Below, one piece after another: positions 1 through 10,724 of a DNA stretch of 63,315 nt. Position numbers and translations under genes: made by a program. The stretch is from an uncultured Eubacteriaceae bacterium (GTDB lineage Bacteria; Bacillota; Clostridia; Eubacteriales; Alkalibacteraceae): NCBI GenBank assembly GCA_964582705.1, contig CAZOTE010000002.1, positions 1-63,315 of the forward strand, written 5' to 3'. Each line of letters opens with the position of its first letter. Position 1 is the stretch's first letter. The notes under the pieces are model-generated. The model saw only the letters and a list, made by a program, of their open reading frames with translations, made no database searches and was not told the DNA's origin.

Positions 1-50
1 ATTTAAAGGCTTATAGGTTGCCTTTATTAACCTAAATACATTATACAAGG

Positions 51-554
51 ATGATGTACATGGTCGATAATATTGTTCTATTTCGACATGGAAAGGCTCA
101 AGACAAAGGTTCATCAATCCCCGACGAATTTCGTCAATTGACCGAGGAGGGTATTGTCAGCCTGCAATCCGAAATGATAGGCCTGATGAATATGCTGCCA
201 GAAGATCTAAATATCCAAATTTGGGCCAGCCCCCTTAAGAGAAGTCTTGAAACTGCAGAGATTATCGACAGCTATTTAAAAAGCCAGAATATCATTATTT
301 ACGACTTTATAGGAAGCGGTGCATATAGTGCCTTAATAAACGAACTTAGGACATGTTCCAAAGATATGGTTTTAATTGCTGGACATGAGCCTTGGCTTGG
401 CGACTGGAGCAAACGGATGACTGGTTGTCAGCTGCCTTTTAAAAAAGGAGCAGCAGCTCTTTTGAAGCCGGATTCATCTTTTGATAAGTTTGATATCTCA
501 TGGTTTCTCCAGCCTTATGCTCTAGCAGAACTCAGCTGTAAGATAAAGAGGTGA
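51..554 (+). CDS. sixA: Histidine phosphatase superfamily protein, SixA-like
   Basis: N-terminal LFRHGKA motif, SPLKRS and IAGHEP motifs, KKGA; first gene of a polyP cluster. Confidence 0.8.
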   Translation: MMYMVDNIVLFRHGKAQDKGSSIPDEFRQLTEEGIVSLQSEMIGLMNMLPEDLNIQIWASPLKRSLETAEIIDSYLKSQNIIIYDFIGSGAYSALINELRTCSKDMVLIAGHEPWLGDWSKRMTGCQLPFKKGAAALLKPDSSFDKFDISWFLQPYALAELSCKIKR

Positions 555-560
555 TCGTGA

Positions 561-1370
561 TTGGGCTTGGATATGATACTAAACTCCGCATTAAAAGAAC
601 TTGAAGGTACTGTTAAAAATCTATTTTGCCAGAAAGATGATCCTGAATCAGTTCATACTTTTAGAATCAAGGCAAGACAGCTTCGCTCCCTGCTTTATTT
701 CTTTAAGCCTTTGATTGAACCTAGTAGCTACTCGGCTTATCAAGCCACCTTGAAAAATTTGGGTCTGGCTTTTTCAGAAATCCGGGAATATGACGTCATG
801 ATCAAATTTTGGATGGAAATAACCGCTTCCAACGAAGACCTACTTCCCTTTCCCGCCAAGCTATCTGACTATTTATCTGAAAGATTGATTCAGTTGAAGA
901 AAGATGCATACTGCAAAGTAGATGAGGATTATGTTTTAAAAAGCATAAAGTCGATCGATACATCTCTTCTTATATACAATAGCAAAATAACTTCCCAGAA
1001 GGATTTTGAAAAATACTGTAAAAAGAGAATTGCATCGATGAGAAAAAGGATATCGATTGATTTCGACAATTTAAACATCTATGACGATGAGGCTGTTCAC
1101 AGTTTGCGAAAACTAATTAAAAAACTACGATATTCTCTTAAATGCCTGCAACCCTATACAAAGTCTGACTATGAGAATTTGTTAAAAACCAGCAAAGATA
1201 TTTCTGATGTCCTGGGCATCATCTGTGATTGCAACAGATTTATATGGATTTTAAGTAAAATCGGAAAATCTTCATCTATTGAATTTACATTTGAAAAGGG
1301 CGTCTTTACAGGATGGCTTATCGAAAAAAGAGCAACATACCTCGTTATGCTTAACAATCTACATGTTTAA
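561..1370 (+). CDS. CHAD domain protein (polyphosphate-binding)
   Basis: Two HxxR-type repeats (VHTFRIKARQLRS, VHSLRKLIKKLRY), IREYDV and LGIICD motifs; TTG start with GAGGTG RBS; next to ppx/ppk. Confidence 0.85.
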   Translation: MGLDMILNSALKELEGTVKNLFCQKDDPESVHTFRIKARQLRSLLYFFKPLIEPSSYSAYQATLKNLGLAFSEIREYDVMIKFWMEITASNEDLLPFPAKLSDYLSERLIQLKKDAYCKVDEDYVLKSIKSIDTSLLIYNSKITSQKDFEKYCKKRIASMRKRISIDFDNLNIYDDEAVHSLRKLIKKLRYSLKCLQPYTKSDYENLLKTSKDISDVLGIICDCNRFIWILSKIGKSSSIEFTFEKGVFTGWLIEKRATYLVMLNNLHV

Positions 1371-1404
1371 TCAACATTAATACAGATTTAACAGAGAGTT
1401 AACA
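1367..1404 (+). promoter_or_regulatory. Candidate PhoP box (four TTAAYN repeats with ~11-bp period)
   Basis: TTAATC 1367, TTAATA 1377, TTAACA 1388, TTAACA 1399 upstream of ppx; resembles B. subtilis PhoP TT(A/T/C)ACA repeats. Confidence 0.55.
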
Positions 1405-1464
1405 TTGAACAGATATAAATAAAGTCAAATTGCATATAAAATAATTCTACAGGAGGGATATCAC

Positions 1465-2385
1465 ATGATTTATGCGCTGGTTGATGTGGGTTCAAATACA
1501 ATGAGGATGAATATTTACAAATGCGAAGAGCACAGTATCAAACTGCTTTTTGGAACCAAAAACCCTGCCGGACTTGCAGGTTACGTGGACAATGGATCAA
1601 TGTCACAAAAGGGCATCAAAAAAGCCATCAGCGTACTGATGGAATTTAAAAGCATAGTCGATAATTTTGATATTGATGAGCTTTACGTATTTGCTACAGC
1701 CTCTTTAAGGAACATAGACAACAGCCTAGACGCCGTAGATCAGATACAAAACAAAACCGGCCTAGACATAGACGTCATTTCTGGAGAAGATGAAGCGATA
1801 TTGGATTTCATAGGAGCAACAAAGATAATAGACGTTACCGATGGGCTCATAGTCGATATCGGCGGTGGCAGTACTGAGTTAGTGACATTTGAAAACAAGA
1901 AAATTATAAATGCCATAAGCATACCGATAGGATCATTAAATTTATACAAAAAATGCGTCAGCCATTTATTGCCCGATAAAAAAGAGAAGAAACTAATAAG
2001 AGATATTATAAAATCCGAGCTTGAAGGTATAGAAGAAATCATAAATAAGCCTTACAAAATAATTTGCGGAGTAGGCGGAACAGTCAGGGCAACCAGTAAA
2101 TTAAACAACTCTATATACGATCTCCCGGACAATAATAGTGAAATCGATATAAAAAACATCAAAAAAATCTTAAAAATACTCTCAAAAGACTGTCGTGACT
2201 CTCTTGATACCATTTTGCAGGTCGTACCAGATAGAATTCATACGATAATACCTGGCATGATGATTTTAAGCGAGGTCAGCAAGGTCTTTAAGAGTGACCA
2301 AATAGTGGTAAGCTCATACGGAGTCAGAGAGGGTTATCTATATGACAAAATATTAAAGGAGAAAGCTTTGTATGGAAAACCATAA
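1465..2385 (+). CDS. ppx: Exopolyphosphatase, Ppx/GppA family (short form)
   Basis: DVGSNTMR, ATASLR, DIGGGSTE, GVREG motifs. Confidence 0.9.
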   Translation: MIYALVDVGSNTMRMNIYKCEEHSIKLLFGTKNPAGLAGYVDNGSMSQKGIKKAISVLMEFKSIVDNFDIDELYVFATASLRNIDNSLDAVDQIQNKTGLDIDVISGEDEAILDFIGATKIIDVTDGLIVDIGGGSTELVTFENKKIINAISIPIGSLNLYKKCVSHLLPDKKEKKLIRDIIKSELEGIEEIINKPYKIICGVGGTVRATSKLNNSIYDLPDNNSEIDIKNIKKILKILSKDCRDSLDTILQVVPDRIHTIIPGMMILSEVSKVFKSDQIVVSSYGVREGYLYDKILKEKALYGKP

Positions 2386-4537
2386 CCAAAAATACGACAC
2401 TAGTTATACCCAAAACCGGGAACTTTCGTGGCTTAGATTCAACGAAAGAGTGCTGCAGGAAGCGTCCGACCACTCGGTACCCCTTATTGAAAGGTTAAAA
2501 TTCGTATCCATTTTCACAAGCAATCTCGACGAGTTTTTTATGATACGGGTAGGCAGTCTCTTTGATTTGTCACGCATAAAAAAAGAAACTCATGACAACA
2601 AAACCGGTGACACTCCAAAGGAACAGCTTGAGAAGGTTTTCAGTGCCGTAAGACCACTTTACTTGCAAAAGGATGAAGTTTTTTTTCAATTGGAAGATCA
2701 GCTGAGGGCGCATGAGATTTTTAACCTGAAAATGAGTGAGTTGACAAGCTCTGAACTTAAATTTGTGGACAGCTACTTTAAAAAAAACATCATGCCTCTT
2801 CTGTCTCCCCAGATAATTGACTCACACCACCCTTTCCCTCATCTTTGGAACAAGGGCTTATATATAATCGGCAATGTAAAGTATAAGGACAACTCTTCAA
2901 CTGTTGGCATTCTTGGCGTTCCCAACGCAGTACCTAGATTTATATTGATGCCTGGAAATAGCCTGCGGTTTGTTTTGATGGAAAAGATAATTCTTTATTA
3001 CTACGACAATGTATTTGACCTTTACAGCGTTGATAATAAATGCATTGTATCGGTTACTCGAAATGCAGATATCAGTCCTGAAGATGAAGCTTTTGATTTC
3101 GATGAAGATTTCAGGTCTCACATGAAGCAGATATTGAAAAAAAGATCTAAGCTCGCTCCTGTGAGGTTGGAGGTAGAAGGCGCCCTTGATAAAAAGCTTG
3201 GAAATTATCTCATTGGCAGACTTGAAATCAAAGATGAACAAATTTTTTTCAGCAAATCACCATTGATATTGGATTATGCTTTTAGAATAGGTGAAACACT
3301 ATCAGCATCGGCGAAACGCGGTCTTGAATACCCTCCTTTCGAACCCCAGTATCCGTCATCTATAAAGCGACGGGAAAGCATCATAGGCCAAGTCTTGCGA
3401 AAAGACCTTTTGCTGTTTTTCCCTTACGAAGACATCGAGCCTTTTATTCAGCTTCTAAAGGAAAGCGTCACATCAAAAATTGTGAAGTCTATAAAAATAA
3501 CCCTTTACCGTCTCGCTTCTCGGTCCAAAATAATAGAATATCTATGCGAAGCAGCTGAAAACGGAAAAGATGTCACGGTTCTTATAGAGCTTAGAGCACG
3601 CTTTGACGAAAAAAACAATATAGAATGGGCAGAGAGGCTTGAAGATTCAGGGTGCAAAGTCATTTACGGATTTGAAGAATATAAGGTTCATTCAAAGATT
3701 TGTCTTATCACCTGCATGGAGAGAGAGAAAATCAGCTATATCACTCAAATTGGAACGGGAAATTACAATGAAAAAACCGCCAAATTATATACAGATCTAT
3801 CGTTGATTACAACTGATTTAGAAATAGGAAAAGACGCCGTTAATTTTTTCAAGAACATGTCCATAGGGAATTTAGAAGGAATCTATTTTAAATTGATGGT
3901 AGCCCCTTCATCTTATAAATGCAGGATAATTGATCATATTGACGAAGAGATCGCCAAAGCTCGGCGGGGTGAAAATGCCCGTCTGATTTTTAAGGCAAAT
4001 TCACTCACCGAACGAAGCATTATTGATAAGCTCTCAGAGGCTTCTATCGCAGGGGTGAAAATTGATTTGATAATCAGAGGAATCTGCTGTATTTTGCCGG
4101 GAATCAAAGGGAAAACGGAAAATATAACCGTCACAAGCATAGTAGGCAGGTTTTTGGAGCATCCTAGGATTTATTGCTTCGGGAGCGGGAAAGACGCCAA
4201 AGTATATATATCCTCTGCCGACCTTATGACACGAAATATGAACCGCAGAGTGGAGCTTTCCTGTCCTATTCTGGACCAGGATAATAAAAAGAGGATACTT
4301 CATATATTGGATGTAATGCTAAGCGATAGTACTAAAGCACGTTTGATGTTAAGTGATGGAACATATACCAAAAAATCCAAGGCTGAGAAGGAGCCTCTAA
4401 ACAGCCAAAAACATTTTATCAGGGAGGCTATGCTTTTAAGTATGAAGAACAATCACAATAAATCAGCTCTTTCCTTGAATTCAACCCTTAAAAAGAAAGT
4501 AATGAAAGGAATCGCTAAAATTTTGAATAGATTTTAA
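2372..4537 (+). CDS. ppk1: Polyphosphate kinase 1
   Basis: NRELSWLRFNERV, LRARFDE, KVHSK, GTGNYN, GRFLEH, SSADLMTRN motifs; 721 aa. Confidence 0.97.
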   Translation: MENHNQKYDTSYTQNRELSWLRFNERVLQEASDHSVPLIERLKFVSIFTSNLDEFFMIRVGSLFDLSRIKKETHDNKTGDTPKEQLEKVFSAVRPLYLQKDEVFFQLEDQLRAHEIFNLKMSELTSSELKFVDSYFKKNIMPLLSPQIIDSHHPFPHLWNKGLYIIGNVKYKDNSSTVGILGVPNAVPRFILMPGNSLRFVLMEKIILYYYDNVFDLYSVDNKCIVSVTRNADISPEDEAFDFDEDFRSHMKQILKKRSKLAPVRLEVEGALDKKLGNYLIGRLEIKDEQIFFSKSPLILDYAFRIGETLSASAKRGLEYPPFEPQYPSSIKRRESIIGQVLRKDLLLFFPYEDIEPFIQLLKESVTSKIVKSIKITLYRLASRSKIIEYLCEAAENGKDVTVLIELRARFDEKNNIEWAERLEDSGCKVIYGFEEYKVHSKICLITCMEREKISYITQIGTGNYNEKTAKLYTDLSLITTDLEIGKDAVNFFKNMSIGNLEGIYFKLMVAPSSYKCRIIDHIDEEIAKARRGENARLIFKANSLTERSIIDKLSEASIAGVKIDLIIRGICCILPGIKGKTENITVTSIVGRFLEHPRIYCFGSGKDAKVYISSADLMTRNMNRRVELSCPILDQDNKKRILHILDVMLSDSTKARLMLSDGTYTKKSKAEKEPLNSQKHFIREAMLLSMKNNHNKSALSLNSTLKKKVMKGIAKILNRF

Positions 4538-4551
4538 TCATGAGATATTAA

Positions 4552-4582
4552 AACCGCTATTGATGGAATAACAATAGCGGTT
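4552..4582. terminator. Hairpin, likely bidirectional terminator between convergent ppk1 and PTS IIA
   Basis: AACCGCTATTG...CAATAGCGGTT inverted repeat. Confidence 0.7.
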
Positions 4583-4589
4583 AAGATTA

Positions 4590-5054
4590 TTACTTAATTT
4601 TAATTATATTTTTTTCCAGACACTTAACCGAACTTCCCACGGACGACACCTCGATCTTCTCTCCTGTCAAGAATACAATTGGAGATTTAAGTGATTTTCC
4701 TTTTTCAAGAATTTTTTCCTTGTCTATTTTCACCAGCAAATCTCCCTGCTTTATACTATCTCCTTGAGCGACGCACAGATTAAATCCTTCTCCTCCAAGC
4801 TCGACAGTATCCATACCTATGTGAATCAAATATTCCATGTCATCGTTTTTAATACCTATTGCATGTCCCGTAGGAAAAGCCATGATAACTTCTCCATCAG
4901 TTGGCGCCTTAACCTCAACACCTTTAAAATCTATGGCGAAACCATCCCCCATTGCCCTTTTTGAAAAAACTTCGTCTTCAACCTGATCAATACTCATCAA
5001 TATACCCTCCATAGGTGAAAGAAATTCTTTTTTATAAAATATTTTCTTAAACAT
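4590..5054 (-). CDS. PTS EIIA component, glucose family
   Basis: DEVFS..MGDGFAI, FPTGHAIG, LIHIGMDTVEL motifs. Confidence 0.92.
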   Translation of the reverse strand: MFKKIFYKKEFLSPMEGILMSIDQVEDEVFSKRAMGDGFAIDFKGVEVKAPTDGEVIMAFPTGHAIGIKNDDMEYLIHIGMDTVELGGEGFNLCVAQGDSIKQGDLLVKIDKEKILEKGKSLKSPIVFLTGEKIEVSSVGSSVKCLEKNIIKIK

Positions 5055-5095
5055 AATCTCGTTTGAGCCGCTAAGCCAAACTTCCCCCTTGATAT

Positions 5096-6697
5096 TTAAT
5101 TTTTTAGTAGGCCATTTGCGTCGTTATTGGAAATCAAGCTTTCAAAATCATCCCTTACTTGTGGTACAGAAAGACCTACTATAACCTGAATTGCATTCCC
5201 GTTTCTGACTACTCCATGGGCTCCGGCTTCTTTGAAGTGATTATCCGATAAAAGTCTAGATCCGTCATTAACTGAAACTCTCAATCTCGTAGCACAATTC
5301 GTAACGTCTACGATATTTTCCACTCCACCTAGCGCCTCTAAAAACGCCTGAGCTTGTGAAGGCTTTTTGTTTGTGACTTCTGAAAGCGAAGACTTTTTAG
5401 CCTTGTAATCTGCTTTGGAGTACAGCCTTGTCTCGTCTGCGTCCTTTTCTCTTCCCGGAGTAGCCAAGTCAAACTTCAGTATAGCAAACCTGAATGAAAA
5501 GAAGTAGATGACCGTAAATATCAACCCTATTATGATCTGAATAATATAAGTGGAAGAATGATAGTTAAACAACGGCATCCAGTTTTGTGCCAGCCATTCT
5601 ATTAGTCCTCCTCCAAAGTTACCCACAACTCCAAATGTATATGAGACTGCTGCCAGTGTCGCGGCCAGTACGGAGTGAAGGGCAAAAAGTGCCGGCGCAA
5701 TGAACAAGAATGTAAATTCAAGAGGCTCGGTTATCCCTGCAATAACGGCTGTCAAGGTTGCAGGAATGAGAAGACCTGCTACTATCTTTTTCTTCTCGGG
5801 CTTAGCTGTTGAGTAAATTGCCAGCGCGATTCCCGAACAACCGAATACTTTTGAAAGGCCGTGAAGAGCAAAACCACCTGCCGGAAACATTTCTTTTAAG
5901 CTCATCGAAGATGTGGCAAATGACGACAGATTTTGCGTCCATTCTGCATATATTCCGCTTTCAACAACTGCAGGGCCAAAAATAAACGGTCCGTAAACAA
6001 AGTGATGAAGCCCAGTTGGAATCAATATCCTCTCTAAAAAAGTGTACAACCAAACTCCGAATACCCCAGTTGATGTTAAAAATCCCTGCATGGAAGCTAT
6101 TCCTGCTTGTATTTGCGGCCAAACAAAGCTTATTAAAAGGGCTGTTGGTAGCATTAGGAAAAATCCGATTATGACTACAAAAGAAGATCCTTGAAATATA
6201 CCTAAAAAATCAGGCAGCTTAGTATCAAAAAACTTATTGTGCAAATATACTGCGATGGCTGCAATAAATATGGCCCCTATCATCCCTGTATCTAATGTCT
6301 TTATCCCGGCTATGAGCGCAAGTCCACTGACGCCCCCCACTTCCAAAGTATAGTCTACATTAAATGTCGGTCCCCATAATTGAAGCAAGGCGCTTATAAA
6401 GTAATTGAACGTCAAATATATTACCAGAGATTCAAGGCAGGCTCTTGCTTGTGCCTTTTTAGCCAACGCTATGGGAAGGCCCACCACGAATAATAGCGGA
6501 AGCTGTCTAAACACTGTCCAGCCGCCTTCCTCGACGACAAACCAAAATTTATACCACATCCCGTCAGGATGGGCTATTGGTCCCATTATATCCTGATTTT
6601 TAAACAATATAGTCAGCCCTACAGTTATTCCTGCAAACGCAAACAGGAGAACCGGTACAAACATCGCTGCACCAAACCTTTGAATTTTCTGTTTCAT
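5096..6697 (-). CDS. glvC: PTS alpha-glucoside-specific EIICB
   Basis: LERILIPTGLHH, GITEPLEF, IIB NCATRLRV; next to GH4; ATG at 6697 fits the RBS. Confidence 0.9.
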   Translation of the reverse strand: MKQKIQRFGAAMFVPVLLFAFAGITVGLTILFKNQDIMGPIAHPDGMWYKFWFVVEEGGWTVFRQLPLLFVVGLPIALAKKAQARACLESLVIYLTFNYFISALLQLWGPTFNVDYTLEVGGVSGLALIAGIKTLDTGMIGAIFIAAIAVYLHNKFFDTKLPDFLGIFQGSSFVVIIGFFLMLPTALLISFVWPQIQAGIASMQGFLTSTGVFGVWLYTFLERILIPTGLHHFVYGPFIFGPAVVESGIYAEWTQNLSSFATSSMSLKEMFPAGGFALHGLSKVFGCSGIALAIYSTAKPEKKKIVAGLLIPATLTAVIAGITEPLEFTFLFIAPALFALHSVLAATLAAVSYTFGVVGNFGGGLIEWLAQNWMPLFNYHSSTYIIQIIIGLIFTVIYFFSFRFAILKFDLATPGREKDADETRLYSKADYKAKKSSLSEVTNKKPSQAQAFLEALGGVENIVDVTNCATRLRVSVNDGSRLLSDNHFKEAGAHGVVRNGNAIQVIVGLSVPQVRDDFESLISNNDANGLLKN

Positions 6698-6736
6698 TTT
6701 AATCACTCCATCTATAATTAGTGTTTGTCCATGACT

Positions 6737-8158
<1,422 letters not shown>

Positions 8159-8235
8159 TACTTTCTACCCATCGTGTTCCTTTAATCCAACAAGGGACAT
8201 TATCACATTTTCCGTGATTTATCACAAAAAAAATC

Positions 8236-9030
8236 TCAAGTCTTAGACTCGAGATTTTTTTCCAATAGGATTTGTTTTCTTTTGAATTTTTCGTATTTCA
8301 CATACATTATCTCTATTACCAAATAGTATATGATTAGAGATTCGTAAGGTGGTATGCTGGAATCATCCAACAAGTTGAATTGATATGGCGTTATATATAT
8401 TTTTTCAGTGCTCAAGCTTGCTAGGGTATTGTCTTTAAGTCTTGTTATCGAAATAAATGGTATCTCCCTTAATTTCAGCTCTCTGGCCATCTTTATGACT
8501 TGCTGGGACTCTCCATCCAAGGAAACTATGATGAACAGGTCGTCCTTAGTCAGCCTTTTGGACAGCAGATTGAATTCGGCATTTCCCTCAAGGATGTAAA
8601 TTAGGTCTCCTCCGTTTACGAAAAGTCTTTTAATTTCATTTACGACATTTTTTTGTACAAAACCAGACCCATATCCGATTACCCTTTTGGCTTTATAAAT
8701 AAGCCTGCACACTGATGTAAAATCCTTATCTGCCATCTCCTCGGCGACTCTTTTATAAAGACCTAGCAAAGCCTTTACTTCATCAATTTTTTCTTCTTTT
8801 TGACTGCCTGATTCCATTTTTAAAATTGCTTTTAATTCACTGTAACCGTCTAAGGATATCTTTTTTGCAAAGCGAAGTATCGTTGTTCTCGATACACAGC
8901 AATGATCCGCCATTTCATAGATAGACATGGTCTTGCATTTTTCTTTATTGTTATATATGAACTGCCAGACCTGAAGATCTGTTTGGTTTAATTGCTCCCG
9001 GTATTCGTTAACAAGTTCTTCAAGCTTCAT
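8236..9030 (-). CDS. glvR: MurR/RpiR family transcriptional regulator
   Basis: HTH SRTTILRFAKKISLDGYSELK plus SIS domain (IIVSLDGE); beside glvAC; start placed at MKLEELV. Confidence 0.85.
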   Translation of the reverse strand: MKLEELVNEYREQLNQTDLQVWQFIYNNKEKCKTMSIYEMADHCCVSRTTILRFAKKISLDGYSELKAILKMESGSQKEEKIDEVKALLGLYKRVAEEMADKDFTSVCRLIYKAKRVIGYGSGFVQKNVVNEIKRLFVNGGDLIYILEGNAEFNLLSKRLTKDDLFIIVSLDGESQQVIKMARELKLREIPFISITRLKDNTLASLSTEKIYITPYQFNLLDDSSIPPYESLIIYYLVIEIMYVKYEKFKRKQILLEKNLESKT

Positions 9031-9098
9031 GTTGCACCACCGCTTCCAAATGAATTTGCTCATACCTCATTATACTACATTTTTGCAGCGTTAGCGTT

Positions 9099-9587
9099 TC
9101 ACATTTTGATAAGTTGAAATACCTTAGTTCTCTCCAAGGCTTTTATAATCAATACTGAAATTGTGCTTCCTGCAATCGAGCTTACTCCAAACGGAATCAC
9201 AAATGCAAACAAGGCTACCTCCCTGCCCATTAACAATGCGGCTACAGGGTAGGAGGCAAGCGCTCCTACTAAACCGGTCCCAACGACTTCTCCTAAAAAT
9301 GCGTGGGTCATCTTTCTGCTTTTCATGTATAAAACACCACACATCAGAGCTCCTAGCATGCTTCCCGGGAAGGCGAGCAGACTTCCGGTACCCATTGAAA
9401 CGCGAATCAGAGACGTTGCAAATGCAACTCCCACACCATACACGGGTCCCAAAATTACTCCAGATAAAACGTTGACCATATGCTGTATGGGAAAGCACTT
9501 GGCGGCTCCCACAGGAATAAAGAATCCGGACAATGATACAGCTAGTGCAATAAATAGACCTGCCAAAGATAATTTTTTGATGTTCAT
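9099..9587 (-). CDS. thiW: ECF transporter S component ThiW (thiazole)
   Basis: KCFPIQHMVNV, GTGSLLAFPGSMLGA, GEVVGTG motifs; TPP riboswitch upstream. Confidence 0.92.
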   Translation of the reverse strand: MNIKKLSLAGLFIALAVSLSGFFIPVGAAKCFPIQHMVNVLSGVILGPVYGVGVAFATSLIRVSMGTGSLLAFPGSMLGALMCGVLYMKSRKMTHAFLGEVVGTGLVGALASYPVAALLMGREVALFAFVIPFGVSSIAGSTISVLIIKALERTKVFQLIKM

Positions 9588-9617
9588 TTAAATCCTCCTT
9601 AAATTTAATCTATAAAA

Positions 9618-9646
9618 TAAAAAGAGACCTGCCCTAAGCAGATCTC
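9618..9646 (-). terminator. Riboswitch-controlled intrinsic terminator in thiW leader
   Basis: Minus strand GAGATCTGC-TTAGG-GCAGGTCTC-TTTTT. Confidence 0.75.
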
Positions 9647-9661
9647 AATAAATACAAGCTA

Positions 9662-9755
9662 TGAGTCCCTACGTTGGCATTATCCAAATCAGGTTTTTAG
9701 GGTCGAGACAGCATTTAGTCTCCTCTCAGCCTACATTGCGCAAGCTCCCCCATTA
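9662..9755 (-). ncRNA. TPP riboswitch
   Basis: Minus strand GGGGAGC...GGCTGAGAGG...GACCCT...AACCTGATTTGGATAATGCCAACGTAGGGA, canonical THI-box elements. Confidence 0.93.
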
Positions 9756-9784
9756 TGTATAACAAGGTTTTGTTACTTATCTAG

Positions 9785-10039
9785 TCAATATATGTCATCT
9801 GAATAGCCGGATCTGTTTTTGCATTCCTCAGTCAAAATCCCAAGATATTTTGCAAGCAGAGGCGCATACGACAGGGCAAAAACGGTACTTGCACAGGCCA
9901 TCACCTTTTTTCTCTGGGATTGAGGCACAGCCATTCCCATAAGGACTCCCATGGAGCATAACGAAAGCTTTAAAAGCCCTATATCTACAACAGTCATCTG
10001 ATCTTTGTACTTTTGAGCATATTTCAGCATACCTTTCAC
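9785..10039 (-). CDS. Small two-TM membrane protein of unknown function
   Basis: GGAGG RBS, two hydrophobic segments. Confidence 0.7.
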   Translation of the reverse strand: MKGMLKYAQKYKDQMTVVDIGLLKLSLCSMGVLMGMAVPQSQRKKVMACASTVFALSYAPLLAKYLGILTEECKNRSGYSDDIY

Positions 10040-10196
10040 TATAGACTACCTCCTCTGATTTTCTTTCAAGTCAGCAATACTAATTACAGGTTAAATTCAT
10101 TATAACAAATTAACCATTTACATACAATGGCAAAAATCAGTTTCTTTGATGCTGGCTGGGGTACTAATTATTAAAATGATAAAGATGGTGATAAAA

Positions 10197-10715
10197 ATGG
10201 AAAATTTAAAAAAGCACATCATATCATTCCTCTTGCCAATGGTCGTATGCATCGCAGTTCCCTTGGTGATTATTCTCTTTGAAATAAGTGTCGTGGGCGA
10301 CTCTCTTTTCAACCAAAATAAAGCAACTTTATTACTAGGCGTTATATTGCTTTTAGTAAGCTGCATTTGTTTTTTTATTATTATTAAGCTTTTTATTTCC
10401 GTTAGCAAGAGCACTATTATGCCTTGGAATCCTTCTCAAAGACTCATTATGTCAGGACCATATGCCTATGTTAGAAATCCTATGATATTGAGCGTGATCT
10501 CGTTATTGCTGGGATATTCTCTGATTTTTGCTTCAACGAGGATATTTGCCTTCTGTTTTGTATTTTTCATAGCCAACAACTTGTATTTCTCGTTATTTGA
10601 AGAGCCTGATCTCTTAAAACGTTTCGGCAAAGATTACGCGCTTTATAAAAAAAATGTTCCCAGGTGGATCCCAAGAATAAAGCCTTGGAATCCACCTGGG
10701 AACAATGATCAATAG
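10197..10715 (+). CDS. Isoprenylcysteine carboxyl methyltransferase / PEMT family membrane protein
   Basis: GPYAYVRNPM and EEPDLLKRFGKDYALYKKNVPRWIP motifs; start at MENLKK. Confidence 0.85.
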   Translation: MENLKKHIISFLLPMVVCIAVPLVIILFEISVVGDSLFNQNKATLLLGVILLLVSCICFFIIIKLFISVSKSTIMPWNPSQRLIMSGPYAYVRNPMILSVISLLLGYSLIFASTRIFAFCFVFFIANNLYFSLFEEPDLLKRFGKDYALYKKNVPRWIPRIKPWNPPGNNDQ

Positions 10716-10724
10716 CTATCAAGT

